From Octopus vulgaris (Eukaryota): a stretch of DNA of 64,000 nucleotides. The translations under genes and the position numbers were made by a program. Where the stretch lies: the NCBI GenBank assembly GCA_951406725.2, contig OX597816.1:372001-436000 (forward strand), in the 5' to 3' direction. Below the pieces are notes generated by a model that saw nothing but the letters and a program-made list of their open reading frames with translations, searched no databases and was not told the origin of the DNA. This document shows, piece by piece, positions 1-13,899 of this stretch (positions are counted from its first letter, which is position 1; every line of letters begins with the position of its first letter).

Positions 1-352
1 GATTGTAAAAGAGACTGGGCATTGGAGAGAGAATCACTGATAAGAGCGATGTCGTCAGCAAAGTCAGTGTCTGTCAAGTACTCAGCTGGGTGTCTGGAAC
101 TTCTTCTTGGTTTTATTTCAAAGCCCTTGCCAGAGATGGTATCAACTGACATACGTAGCACATAATCAACAACAATGATGAAAAGAAATGGGGCGAGTGT
201 GTCTCCCTGCAGTATTCCGGCTTTGATTGAGAAAGATGATGTTTCTCTGTCAGGGGTTAAGATGGTTGAAGACGTATCTGTGTAGAGGACCTTGATCGCA
301 GAAATGATTTTGTCTGGTATCCCATAGAGCTTAAGGATTTCAAACATCTTGT
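1..352 (-). mobile_element. Non-LTR retrotransposon RT fragment (RTE-like family distinct from the main one)
   Basis: Minus strand translates to GILQGDTLAPFLFIIVVDYVLR...DTDFADDIAL (RT motifs QG..LAP.LF and ADD). Confidence 0.8.
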
Positions 353-354
353 AC

Positions 355-1350
355 CTATCTAAAGCGTTCGACCATCCATAGTACATGACCATACCAACAC
401 AAACGTCTCTCTTGCACACCACATCCAAAGCTTCTTATGTCCAACATTTCTCTCAGGGCACATACACTCTGTCGTACATGCACACTGACATTACACATCC
501 AGTGGATCGTGCTAGCTTCATTTCTTTCGAGCCTATGCATGTCCTCTGCAGTCACAACCCATGTTTCACTGCCATGAAGCATGGCAGTTCACACACATGC
601 ATCGTACAATGTACCTTTCACTCCGAACAAGAGGCCCTATTGTCACCAGTAGGGGTAAAAGCTTTCTGAACTTTGCCCAGGCTATTCTTATTCTAGTGTA
701 ACACTCTCTGAGCATCCACCCCCACTACAGGCTTGGTCACCTAGGTAGCAGAAGCTATGAACTACTTCTAGTTTCTCCCCTTGTCATGTGATGGAATCTG
801 TTTTCTGAGCATCTGTGGTGTTTATTGCCCCTGTGCATCTGTCACACATGAAAGCTATCTTCCCGGTTAATCTTCCTCTGATGTTGTTGCAGCTCTTATG
901 TGTCCATAGCTTGCACTGGGTACATCTTATGGAACTTCTACCTATACCTTTTCTACAGATTGAGCAGGGCCACCTACCTGAAGGGGTGTTGATGTGTTCA
1001 CCTTCCTACTTACTAGAACTTTGGTCTTTGCGGCATTGACTCTAAGGCCCTTCAATTCTAAACCTTGCTTCCACCTCTGAGATTTCTTCTCTAGTTCCGG
1101 TAGTGATTCTGCTATGAGAGCCAGGTCATCAGCATAGAGGAGTTCCCAGGGGTAACCTGTCTTGAATTCTTCTGTAATTGCTTGGAGGACTAAGACGAAC
1201 AAGAAGGGGCTGAGGGCTGATCCTTGGTAGACCCCTACTTCTACCCGGAATTCTTCACTATACTCACTACCAACCCAAACCTTACTAATGGCATCTCTGT
1301 ATAGGGCCTGTACAGCCCTTATTAACCATTTGTCAATCCCCAGTTTCCGC
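355..1350 (-). mobile_element. RTE-clade LINE fragment (RT C-terminal part), degenerate
   Basis: ORFs 942-1355 (QGSALSPFLF, LLYADDL) and 355-582 (LHGSETW, RRLCWYGHV). Confidence 0.9.
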
Positions 1351-1416
1351 ATCACCCACCAAATAAAAAGATAAACATGCTGGCAAGCACTGGTAACTCA
1401 GAAGAAAACCACTTAC

Positions 1417-1621
1417 TGTAACAGGAAGGACAGCAGCCATCAGTGTTTGCCGGATGCTGACATTGCAAATCAGGACAAGAGACTGATTGACAGGTGACTT
1501 GCGAGTTTTGACAGATACATTCTTCACATTCGTTATGGCTTAAGAAAACCTCGGCTTCTTTGTAAGTTTTCCCTTCATATGAACAAGTTGAACCATCTGC
1601 ATCACAGACAACGGAACCAGC
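1417..1621 (-). CDS. Exon 21: end of half-VWC9 and VWC10
   Basis: tttcag|GCT GGT...TAC A|gtaag; 205 nt, phase 0-1; AGSVVCDADGSTCSYEGK...ECEECIC...DGCCPSCY. Confidence 0.9.
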
Positions 1622-1889
1622 CTGAAATTTTAAAAAAATGTTTCTCTCTTTAATAATCATATTTTTGTTGAAATATACTGCCTTTGTTTCAATTTTGAAA
1701 ATTGGGAAGGATTTAGAAAATTAACTTTATCATTATGAAGCTTGTGTTTGGAACATAAATTACCATGATGTTTTGATGAAAGGCTCCAATCTAAATAACT
1801 TCAAATTGTTTATTTTTGACATTACACAAAAATTAATTCTGAAAAGTTACTTCTTACTTCTAATTATTTATTTCACTTGTTTCATGCTC

Positions 1890-1921
<32 letters not shown>

Positions 1922-3379
1922 TTGGCCGTTGCCAGCCTCGCCTGGCCCCCGTGCCGGTGGCACGTAAAAAGCACCATCCGTCCGTGGCCGTTTGCCAGCT
2001 CCGTCTGGCACCTGTGCGGGTGGCACGTAAAAAGCACCCACTACACTCACGGAGTGGTTGGCATTAGGAAGGGCATCCAGCCATAGAAACACTGCCAGAT
2101 CAGACTGGGCCTGATGCACCCTTCTGGCTTCCCAGACCCCAGTTGAACCGTCCAACCCATGCTAGCATGGAAAGCGGATGCTAAATGATGATGATGATGA
2201 TGATGACTACTACTACTACTGAGTGAGAGAGCAGCACATGCCATCAAAATGACACTGGTGTACAATTATACGAAGCTCAATACAACCATCATGACTACCC
2301 GTCTGATAAGAGTACACCAGGTATATGCAATCACAACCACACATGGATAAGATGGTGATCTTATATCAAGATAAACAGCGCATGACCTTGCAGATGGGGC
2401 CCAGTTGGAATTTTCTTTAGGTTGAATAGCCCATCCCACTCAAATGGTCCTTGAATAAGGGTTGTTTAAGGATGTTGAATGAAACACTCATGTTCCCAGA
2501 TGTGAATTATTCAAACTCCAAAGACTTCCTCTCAACACATGGCTATGATACTTCCCCACCATCTTGTGACCAGAGATGCACAGATTGTCATGCTGAACTG
2601 GTTTAAGGTCAAACAACTGACAAGCAAATCTGTGGTATTGAGCAGAATATTTGCTGTTGCCCATCTTTTATACCAAGACAAAACAATGGACATGATAACA
2701 CTTCCAATCAGTTATGGTCAGAAGCCACACAAGAGCCACTGCCTGGTACTGCATCAAGGCATTTATTATCATTATTAAGAGGATGCATGGCCTAGTGGTT
2801 TGGGTGTTACACCACAATTGCAAGATCATGATTTCAATTCCTAGACTGGGCGGTGTGTTGTGTTCTTGAGGAAAACATTTCATCTCACGTTGGTTGCTCT
2901 GTAATCACTTTAACACCTGACATGTGGTACACCATGCACCTGTTCAGGTAATGCCAATTTGGTGGAGGGAGTGAACACATACATCACTATAGGTCGTTCA
3001 GAAAAATCTGAACACACATGCACTGTCTTGGAAGGGAGAGCCCATCATTATTATTAAATAAGTTATATTCCAATGGAAGTTAACTTGCACTTATTCTTTT
3101 AGAAAGGAAAATTTAAATGAAAGAATAATTTTAGATAAGCTCAGACAAGAGGGATGAACATTTAATGAAAACATGAAATAATATGTGAAAATTTATGATT
3201 TCATAATTCAGAGCAACTGCACAGGTTAGGCTGTGTGGTTAAAAAGCTTGCCTACCAATCACAAGATTCTAGGTTCAGTCTCACTGCATGGTACCTTGAG
3301 CAAATGTTTTCTGTTATAGCTCTGGGTTGATTAAAGCCTTGTGAATGGATTTGGTTGACAAAAACCAAAAGAAGTAAGT

Positions 3380-3431
<52 letters not shown>

Positions 3432-6400
3432 GTGCCTCATTGTATCGATGTCAGGTGATAGTTGTAAATGAGCATCAACATCAGGTAAGTGGTATCATTC
3501 GTTTTCAATCTTCCAAGAAAATGATGTCTGGAGAGAAATATTAACTTCCTTGGAAAGAGATTAGTGTTGGCAAGGCAACAGGAAAGGCACCTGGTAATAG
3601 GAAATCTGCCACACCAATTTTTATGTGATTCATCCGAGCATGGAAAAGTGGACATCAAAACACTGATGAAATAGCAACCAGATTATAAGTTTAAAAGTAA
3701 AAAGCAGAGATTTGTTTGCAGAAAAAACAAAAGAAATCCAGAGATAAATATGGTTTAAAGATAGAAGTAGAAGAACATCTCTCTGAAGCACCAACAGGAA
3801 GGAGAGCAGAAATTCTAGTAACATAAGAAGATATAAGGTAGCATTAAGCAATTGCTGAATTACAATGGGATCTTTTTATGGTGGAATTTAGGCAAAAGGT
3901 TGGGTCTAGAAACGTAATTTCCAGAAAAAAATGAAAAGCAGGTGCACATTTACACCTGCCTAACATCACACTTGATGCTAGGGTACAAATCTCCCAAAGT
4001 AATCTAAATCAAAATTTCAAGTTAATTTATGTTCCAAACATCAGTTTAATAAAGACCAAAAGTTATTTTACTAAAGTCTTCAGTATTTTCAAAATTTAAT
4101 TCAAACCAAAGGGAGTTTTTGTTTCAAAAGAAATAACAAAAGTGTTCGACTTACCAAACATTCACATGTTCTTGTTGGAAGTCGAGGGTCAAAAAATCTT
4201 TGCTTGTCTCGGAAGATTCTCCGGTCATATTCACAAAAATCACAAGTTGGACAGCAGCGGTTAGTTTCTCGAGCTGGGTGAGAACATGAGATTGGAGGGC
4301 ATTCTTTAACTCTACAAATAATCTGTCTGTTCTACAAGAAAAATGTCAAATTTTTTTTTTATATAATTTTAGTTTTACAAAATGGAAGCAAATTTTTTAT
4401 AATACAAAGTCTACTGACTTTTGTCATCAAATTAATTTTACTAAATGTTTTTAACTATTTTATATCATTTCATAAAGTGAAATCAAAATCAGATTAGTAT
4501 ACTACTGATCAATAATTCATTAAAAGAATCTACAGTTATAATCTCCAGTGAATGAGTAGGTCTAGAGTTTACCAAAAGAAATCTAATTGAATTTTTGTCA
4601 TGTGAAATCATAAAAAAGTAAAGAAGGAAATTTCTTACTAAACAGATGCATGTGCGACAGTCATCTTCTGGGTCATCGAAGTTTTGTCCTTCTAAATAAT
4701 AAGAACCTCTTTCCGAATGACAACCACTTTCACAGACTGGACAACACTGGTTTGGAAGTTGCATAGGATTTGAACAATTTAAAAACGGACATTGCTTTCT
4801 TTTACATGAAACTTTTCCATCCTTCAAGAAACAAAACAAAACATGAATTAAGTCAAACACTATTTTATCAATTTTAAAAAAATTTTTACAGAATTTTTAG
4901 CTTTCTTATTTCAGTCACTGGAGGAAAAGCAACACCTATGATCTTTTGCAGGGCCTCCATAACTGGAAGGGAGGAAGAGAGTAAGCTATCCTCAAACCAG
5001 ATATCTAGCCTGAATGCTTGCAACAATGTGGACTGCTAAAAACACCCTCAGGCCAGGTGGTGATATGATATTAAACTAGGCTACAAATTTAATCTTACTT
5101 CCCAGAAACCAAAACAGTCCCTCCAATAAACTTCCAGACTATCAAATTCCTCCACAACTCTGTAGCTGATCTGAGGCTGTGGTAGAAAACATTTTCCCAA
5201 AGTGCTACACACTGGAATTGACCTAAACCCTTATAGTTACAAAGTGAACTTGTTAACCACACGCACACACTCTTACTTTTGTCCAAATTGTTGTTGTTGC
5301 CATCCTTTTGTCTCGGAAGGCAATGGAGTTGCGCATAAACTAATCCAGTCTGGTTTTTATATTTCATGTCCTTTCCAGTTTCCTCCCCAGTTTTGCACAG
5401 GCCTGGGCTGCATGCAAGAAAATCCTGGGTAGCCCAATCGTCAGGATTTCTCTCTCGACCTTACTGACGTAATCCAAAGGAGTTCAGAGCATTATGTTTG
5501 GAAGCAGCTTGGTTGCAGAAGCTGCCAGAAGAGTGTCGAGTTGAACACTAAACTGCCTACGGGGCATCACTCCGGATTTCTTTGAAGGTTGTCTCCTTTC
5601 CGTAACCCTGGACAGGGGCCCATACCAGGTACTGTCAGCTAAGCCCAGAACTCGTCATGAAGAAAATCACTACCCACTACCTAAATATAGATGTTTTCGA
5701 TCTAGTTTGAATTTTTTGCCATCAAATTGGAATTTTTCAGTTGGTGCTCAAGCCTTGAAAAAGAAAGAGAGTTAAACTGCATCAGCCGTAAGGGAATGCA
5801 TGTCTGTCTTATCTGACTCGTCCAGTAGAGCCCACCAATTGATATCTGAAAAGTTCGATGAAATAACTCATGAACACTGCCATAGCTTCTACCAAAAGAT
5901 GCTTCAACATATTTACATCGTCGACCGGTCTGAACAAGGGGAGATAATAAACAAATGATTCTTTTCCTATTACCTCCCCTTGTTGAGACTGGTCGTCGTA
6001 AAAGAACATCTTTTGGTAGAAGCTGTTGCAGTGTTCATGAGTTATTTCATCGAACTTTTCAGATATCAATTGGTGGGCTCTACTGGACGAGTTAGATAAG
6101 ATAGACATGTGTTCCCTAACGGCTGATGTAGTTTAACTCTCTTTCTTTTTCAAGGCTTGAGCACCAACTGAAAAATTCCAATTTGATTGCAAAGAAGTCA
6201 AATTTGATTGAAAAGAATTCAAATTTGATGGCAAAGAATTCAAACTAGATCGAAAACATCTATAATATCTTTAAAAAAAAAACACGAAAGCAAATATTTA
6301 CGCATTGTCCTCAGCCACTCACTTTTATTTGCCTCATATCTTCAAGGCCCAACCTGACATCTCATCAATACCATTTAGTCTTTTTTCTCCTTTCAGCTCC

Positions 6401-9400
6401 ACCCTTGTAACTCCCACTGTTCCTTTTATTATGTGAATAACTGTGTGACTCCTCTACAATAAAAAACTTGTTCTAGCCCTTTCTCTTGAACTTTAACCCC
6501 TCATCCCATAGCATAAAGCGGTCTTCCTCTCTATTATAGCCCCATTTGATTGATGGGGATCTTAGTCTTGTTGGTTGCATGGTGACCTCACTAACGTTGG
6601 CACCATGAAAAACCACCCTGTCCACACTGTTAAGTGGTTGGCATTAGGAAGGGCATCCAGGCATAGAAACCACACCAAAGCAGACATTGAAATATGATGC
6701 AGTCTTCAAACCTACTGAATCCTGTCAAATTATCCAATCCATGCCAGCATGGAACATGGATGTCAATGGTGATGAGGACAAAGGCACGGATGGGCATTTG
6801 AAAAGTTTGCTTCCCAGCCAAATGGTTTCAAGTTCAATTCCTTTTACAATAGCCCAGGAATGATTTCATAAGTGGAAACTGAAAGAGGTCCTTGTATATG
6901 TGTGTATAGGTGGGGTGGGTCGTAGAGTCTTGGTTGTATGATTAAGAAGTTTACTTCCCAATTATATGGACTGAAGTTCAATCTCAATGCATGAACCCTT
7001 GATCAAGTGTCTCTACCACAAATGTTTTTTTCTTGGTATAATTGTATCAAGTCCCACATGTAGAAAACAAGTTCGCAAAAATTTTATAAAAACTCCGGAA
7101 AATAAAAAAGTTCTGAGGGATTATAATGTCGTGCGTAATTCTATGATTTCATGTGAAAACACAATTGCTATTTTCAGAATGCTGACACAATGTGCAGTCA
7201 CGCACAAAATGACAGCTTTGAAACCCTATTTTTGGACTGGGTGAAAATGATCAAACTTTAAACCTCTATAACTTTTTTTAAATATTTTTCTGGAAAAAAT
7301 TGAATAATTCTAGCAATTTAGCTTCGAAAGGTATATTAATGTGCCAAATTTTAAAATTTTCAATAAACTTCAATTTTTGAAATGCTGGTAGCCAAACAAA
7401 CTAGATCCGTATTTGCTCCAGGAAAGACGTGTCATCTGACTCTGCTCTATCGATGACTTCTCTTTGGGAATACGATACTACCTTTCAGACGCCATCTATC
7501 ACTACCTTCATTTCGAAATTGATGTTCTTTAAGACTAACATTTCAAAATGTCGATTCCATCAAATTCCACAACTTGATTCTTTGAAAGATGAATTGATTG
7601 ATGAGGCTTTAACTACATATTGCAACCATTTAGAATCATTGTACGATGACATGGTGGAGCGATTTCAAGATGTTATTATGCTGAATATTCCAAATTGGTA
7701 TAGCAATCCGTTTGAGGTCGATGCAGTCGATAATGTCAGAATTTTTATTACACAGGTGGGCGAGGGAGCACTTTTTGGCCAATAGGCGGGCAATATTGCA
7801 ATCTGGCATGAAAAGTTTGGGAAAAACTGTTCTACATTGAATAACCATTATTATTACCGCCACCTTAGCAAAGGTGGAGGTATTGTTTTCAGTCGTGTTT
7901 GTCCATGGTCAAGATATCTCAAGAACCGCTGGATGGATTTGGATGAAACTTTCAGGGATGCTTGGCCTTGTAACTGGCACGAACTGATTAGATTTTGGGA
8001 TCGATCTGGTACCAGACAAGGATTCTGGATTATTTTTCCTGCTTTTTTTTTACTTAATTTTTGAGAGTGGTCTGGTTCATTTTTAGTATTCTCATTTGTG
8101 AGAGCAGTCGACTTTATTTCATCTATTCTCATTTTAAAAGTCATCTCTGGTTAATCATTGAAAGGATATTGATGTTGCCTTGGCAGAGGTTTGCACTCTC
8201 TGAGTGCTCTTGTTATTATTATAATCACTACAGAACTGTATATTTGGAAGAAATGACACTTACCTTACATGTACACACTTTGCAAGGGTCACCATCAGGT
8301 AATGTAAAGCTTTGATTATTGTAAAAGATCCTCCTTAAATAATAACAGTTTTCACAGACAGGACAACATTGATCTGGCATCCTTGCAGGGTGACTACATT
8401 CGGTAGGTTTGCACTGGTCTTTTATGTACAAACATTGTATGCTGGGGACCTGAGCAAAGAGAAAAGTGTTAATATGAGGAAACGTAAATTTTGATCAATC
8501 TAATGCGTGTGTATGTGTGTGGAGCTGGTTATTATTTAAGTGGGGATTTTCCAACAGGAAGCCCAAGAAAACTCTGTCCTATGGAAGCATGAAAAGAAAA
8601 GACATGATGACGATAGTGACAACAGTGAGGAATTGTCAGCAAGACAGGGCGCATCATACTATCGCAAACAAAATGATTAAACAAAACAAAATGATAAAAG
8701 CCACTGAAGACATGATCATACAACACAAAACATTCCAAAGTGAAATAGGCCAGGTTATCTTAATTAGGTCAGGTTATCTTAATGGATGTGTTTTCAGATC
8801 TAAGCTATGAAAAAAGGTCTTTGAATTGGTCAATCTGTTCAAATAATGGTAGCTAAAAATTAATCAGAAATCAGTTTAAAAGACAAACATTGAGATTTTT
8901 TTGCTTTTTTTTTCTTATCTTCAAACCAGTTTCCATTTAATAATATATTCATGGAACAAATGCATGTGAATGTTTCTTGTTTTACCTGTTTTGAGTCAAC
9001 TTTGAGAAGGTAGTGATTGCTTTTCTGATGAATTTTCAATTTATGAATGTCAGCATTTAGAAAAATGCCAAAATTAACAGTGTTTAAACCCATTGGGGAA
9101 TTTTTTATCTTAAAACTGAGAGTCAATATAAAGAATTTTTAAAGGCTTTGAAGGAGCATTAATCTTTTGTCGAAAAACCAAAGGCTTGCTTTGGAAACAG
9201 TGATAAGGCAATTCTGGACAGTGCAAAGGGTGAAGCGACATTTTTAATTAATTTAGTCCCTTGGGGGTAACCTTTGCACTGAACTATGCTTGGTGAGCCA
9301 ATGAGAAAATCCCTACATGATTTTGCCATGTTCTAGAAATAACAACCAATATTCCTTCAAATCACACTGTCTTACAAAAAAAAAAACCTTGCCCAATGTT

Positions 9401-12400
9401 GTCCTGGTTTCACTGCACCTAGGAAAAAACCAGGGCGGTTACGGCTAGAATGCTTTTGATCAAAGCCTGTCCAATCAGCTGCCTCTTCTATTCACCTGAA
9501 GTTATAGGACCCTGCTTAGGCTTTTCATCCTGCAAATTGTAAGGTGATCTTCATTAGTACTGATACCTCCAAAAAAAGTATCCAGTGCATCCTATAAAGT
9601 GGTTAGCATTAGGAAGAGCATCAAACCAGAAAAACTCTGCCAAACCAGTGATTGGAGCTCAACACACTCCTCTGGTTCATTGGATCCTGATTAACCATCC
9701 AACCCGTACCAGCATGGAAGACATGTTAAATGACAATGATGTAATTAATATCATCATCATCATCATCGTTTAACGTCCGTTTTCAATGCTAGCATGGGTT
9801 AGACGATTTGACTGAGGTCTGGCGAACCAGATGGCTGCACCAGACTCCAATCTGATCTGGCAGATATTCTACAGCTGGATGCCTTAAAATATATATATAT
9901 AGTTCATCTCTATAGCTACGTGTGTATATGTATACAATAACAGAAGTAATAACAATAACAGCAGCATGCCATAGCAGTAGAAATAGTTACATCAACAATT
10001 TTCTAATACACAGGGTACAGACAAAATTATTTCTTCTAACAGAATGGAAAGATCCTCAGGGGTTAGTTTTAAGGGGTATATTTGAAGAATAGAAGTTATA
10101 TAACTTACTAAATGATGTTCTCCCACAGAATTGATTTCTTCTTTCACTTGACAACTGCACTGTAAACAAGGATCGTTGGAGTCCTTAACTGTTTCTCCTT
10201 CACTGAATACTGTACCTTTGAATTCGCAGAAGGGTTCACACTGGGGACAACACTGTCCTGTAATATTTCTGCTACGTGGACACTCCAGTTTGGGACATTG
10301 CTTCTCCCTGCAGAGCACAATACCTTTCAAGAAATAATAACAGGGCTACAGATTGGTAACATTGATAGAAAGAAATAGAAATGAATACCTGACTTCTTTT
10401 TTTTTTTACATTATAATACAATTGCTGTCTACCTCCCACCCTGCATCTCTTACTCTCACCCCATATGCTCTTACAAACACTCACCCACCCGCACCCCTAG
10501 TTCTCACCTCATACCTGGATTTGCAGTGGCTGCTGATCCTTCTCACTCTATTCTAAATGCATCTGTATAGCTCCTCTACAACAAGAACCTGCTCACCCCA
10601 TTTCTCTCGTCCCTTCACACAAATCCCTTGGTTTTCTAGCCTTGCAAAGCTGTATGACAACCTCAGCAATACTGGTAGCATGAAAGAAAGAATCCAATCC
10701 ACTCTATGATGTGGTTGGCATTAGGAAAGGCATCTAGTCATAGAAATTATGCCAAAACAGACACTGGAACATGATGTAGTCCCACATGAAACACGGACAT
10801 TAAATGATGGTAATAACGGTGAATATATAGTCATATAAAGTCCTATTTAACATTGTTGCGTACACTCAGAGGGGGTAAAACATGCTGTGGAAATGGTTTG
10901 GTGTTATTAGTGGTTATGATAGCCATAATAACACACAGATGCATACAGCCAACAGTCTGATCACATCATTCACAGCGAACTAATGTCATCTCACACATAC
11001 TGACTAGGAGGAGATTTGGTTTTTTTTTCTTAAGACAATTTCTACAGAATGTATTTTTCCATGTCCAAGTCTCTATGAATATGATAAATATGATGGAATC
11101 TATTTTCTGAACAGTTGTAATGTTGATTGTACCAGAGCACCTACCACACAAAAACTGTTTTCCCCTCTGATATTTGCTCACCTCTTATGTATTCATAGCT
11201 TACTCTGCATATATCTTATGGAATTTCTACCTATGCCTTTCCTACAGATTGAGCAGGGCCATTTACCTGAGGGGATTTATGATTTGTTTGCTTTCCTACT
11301 TTCTAAGACCTTGGTTTTTGCGAGGTTAGCTCTAAGGCCCTTTGATTCTAGATCTTGCTTCCACACCTGAAACTTCTCTAGTTCAGGTAGGGATTCAGTT
11401 ATAAAAACAAGGTTATCAACATAGAGAAGCTCCCAGGGGCAGCCTGTCTTGATTTCCTCTGTTATTGCCTGGAGGACTATGATGAATAAGAGAGGGCTGA
11501 GGACTGATCCTTGGTGAACCCCTACTTGTAACTTGAATTCATTATACTCATTGCCAACCCTCACCTTACAGACAGCATCCCTGTACATGATTTGTACAGC
11601 TCTCACCAACCATTCGTCTATCCCTAGTTTCCACATTGACCACCAGATAAGGGATTGGGTGACCCTGTCAAAGGCTTTCCCCATGTCAACAAAAGCCAAA
11701 TACAGAGGTTTGTATTTCTCCTGCAGATGTCTTAGCAGAAATATAGCATCAGCAGTGCTTGCCCCTGGCACAAAACCAAACTGCATCTCATCTAAACTAA
11801 CTCTCTCCCTAATTAGTTGGGCTCTGACTCTCTCTGTAACTTTCATCACCTGATCCAACAATTTGATACTTTTGTAATTATTCCTATCTGAGGCATTGCC
11901 TTTACCTTTGTAGCAGTTGACTATGGTGCTGCTGCTACACCAGTCATTGGGTATGACTCCTTTGTGTAGCACATGGTTAACTATACGGGTGACTAGCCCA
12001 TAACCCACACCGCCCGATATTTTAAGCATCTCAGTGGTGATACCTGATGGACCAGGGGCTTTCCTTATCTTCATATCCTTAATTGCTTTATCTACCAAGA
12101 TACTATCAATTTGGATAGCTGGTCCCTCAGTTGGATCAGCATTTAGCAGACTCTCCTCCCATTCATTCTCCACATTCAGCAGTCTTTCATAATGGCATTT
12201 CCAAGCCTCTTTCTTTGCAGGATCATTAAATACATTTTTTAAATATAAATAACAGTTAGTTTATGGGAGCAGCAGAAATATAAACTACCAAGCAAAGACC
12301 CTAATATGTGGTAGTTACATTGTCTGCTCCCTTTTTTTACCCTTTTTCATTGAGCTGTCTGTAGTGCACCCAAATGCTATGCAATGAACTCCTTAATATT

Positions 12401-13863
12401 ATTGTTTTTATTAAACTAAAATAACTACAAAAATGCAATAAAACATAAACTGTAAAGAGTTGAGAACTAAATTTATTTTATTCAATATTCTGTTCTGGGC
12501 TTTTAGACAAAACTTTGAATCCTAGAAACTTATAGAACAATTGAAGTCAAAGAATACAAATGATACACGATCAATTCTTGCAGCCAAAGAAAACATCAAA
12601 TATTTTGAACAACATTTGAATGCATAAACCAAGCAAGAAAGCTGTAGAAAAATTTGGTAAATTCAACTTCTTTGAGTTGGGAAGAATCCAGTTTTCTTTT
12701 TGCCAGTTGGAGAGAAAAAGTCATTATAATATTCTAGAATATAATAACCAAAATATTGCCAAATTTATTGTTAGGAATGGACATATATTTTGAAATATAT
12801 TGTAAGAATATCCTTAATAGGAAATGGAAAATATAAGGCAATGAGAGTGATGTTAAGAAGATATATGTGATTAACAAACTGTTGGATATCACTAATCCAT
12901 ATCAAGCTAGAAATTTTAACACTTCTTGACAGTGCTTGCAGAATTATTAGCTGAATATAGTAGTGAGGATATGTGGCCTTGTGGTTAAGATGCTGCACTT
13001 ACAATCTTATGATTATGGTTTCAATTCCAGGATTGGGCAGTGCTGTACCTTTAAGCAAAATACTTCATTTCATGTTGCTTTGCAGTCATTTCGACATCTG
13101 ACATGTGGCACACGAGCAACTGTACCAGCAATGTTGATCTGATGGAGGGAGTGAGCTTAATAGAAAGCACAAACATTTGATCACTGATCAAAATTATCTG
13201 TGCAGGTTGTTCAATAAGAAGGTGTGGAACCCTCAGCTGTTGTCTACAATAGGAGAGTCCAGTCTAAGATATATATATATAAAACTGAGGTGTCATTGCC
13301 AGGTAAGTGGCTTGAGCTGAGACTGTGTGTTGAAGCTTAAACGATTACAGCATGGAAGGCATAAATTGGCCATTCAGCAGAAATACACAAAAAACTGTTA
13401 ACTTCACTGAAACATTTCTTAACAGACTTTGTGTGTTTCTCAATGGCTAACGTCTGTCTTTCCTGCTGCAATCATTCATATCGTGGCCCTCCCTTGGCTG
13501 CAACAACAAGGGTTCCAGTTGATCTGATCAACAGAACAGCCTGCTCATGAAATTAACATGCAACTGACTGAGTACTCCACAGACATGTGTACCCTTAATG
13601 TAGTTCTCAGGGAGATTCAGTGTGACAAGGCTGGCCTTTTGAAATGCAGATACAACAGAGCCACTGAGCCAATGCACATCCCCAATCATCATCATCATCA
13701 TCGTTTAACGTCCGCTTTCCATGCTAGCATGGGTTGGACGGTTCAACTGGGGTCTGGGAAGCCAGAAGGCTGCACCAGGCCCAGTCTGACCTATACACAC
13801 ATCATCATCATCACTGTTGGCATGGGTGGGACTTACATATGTGTGTGTGTGTGTGTGTGTGTG

Positions 13864-13899
<36 letters not shown>

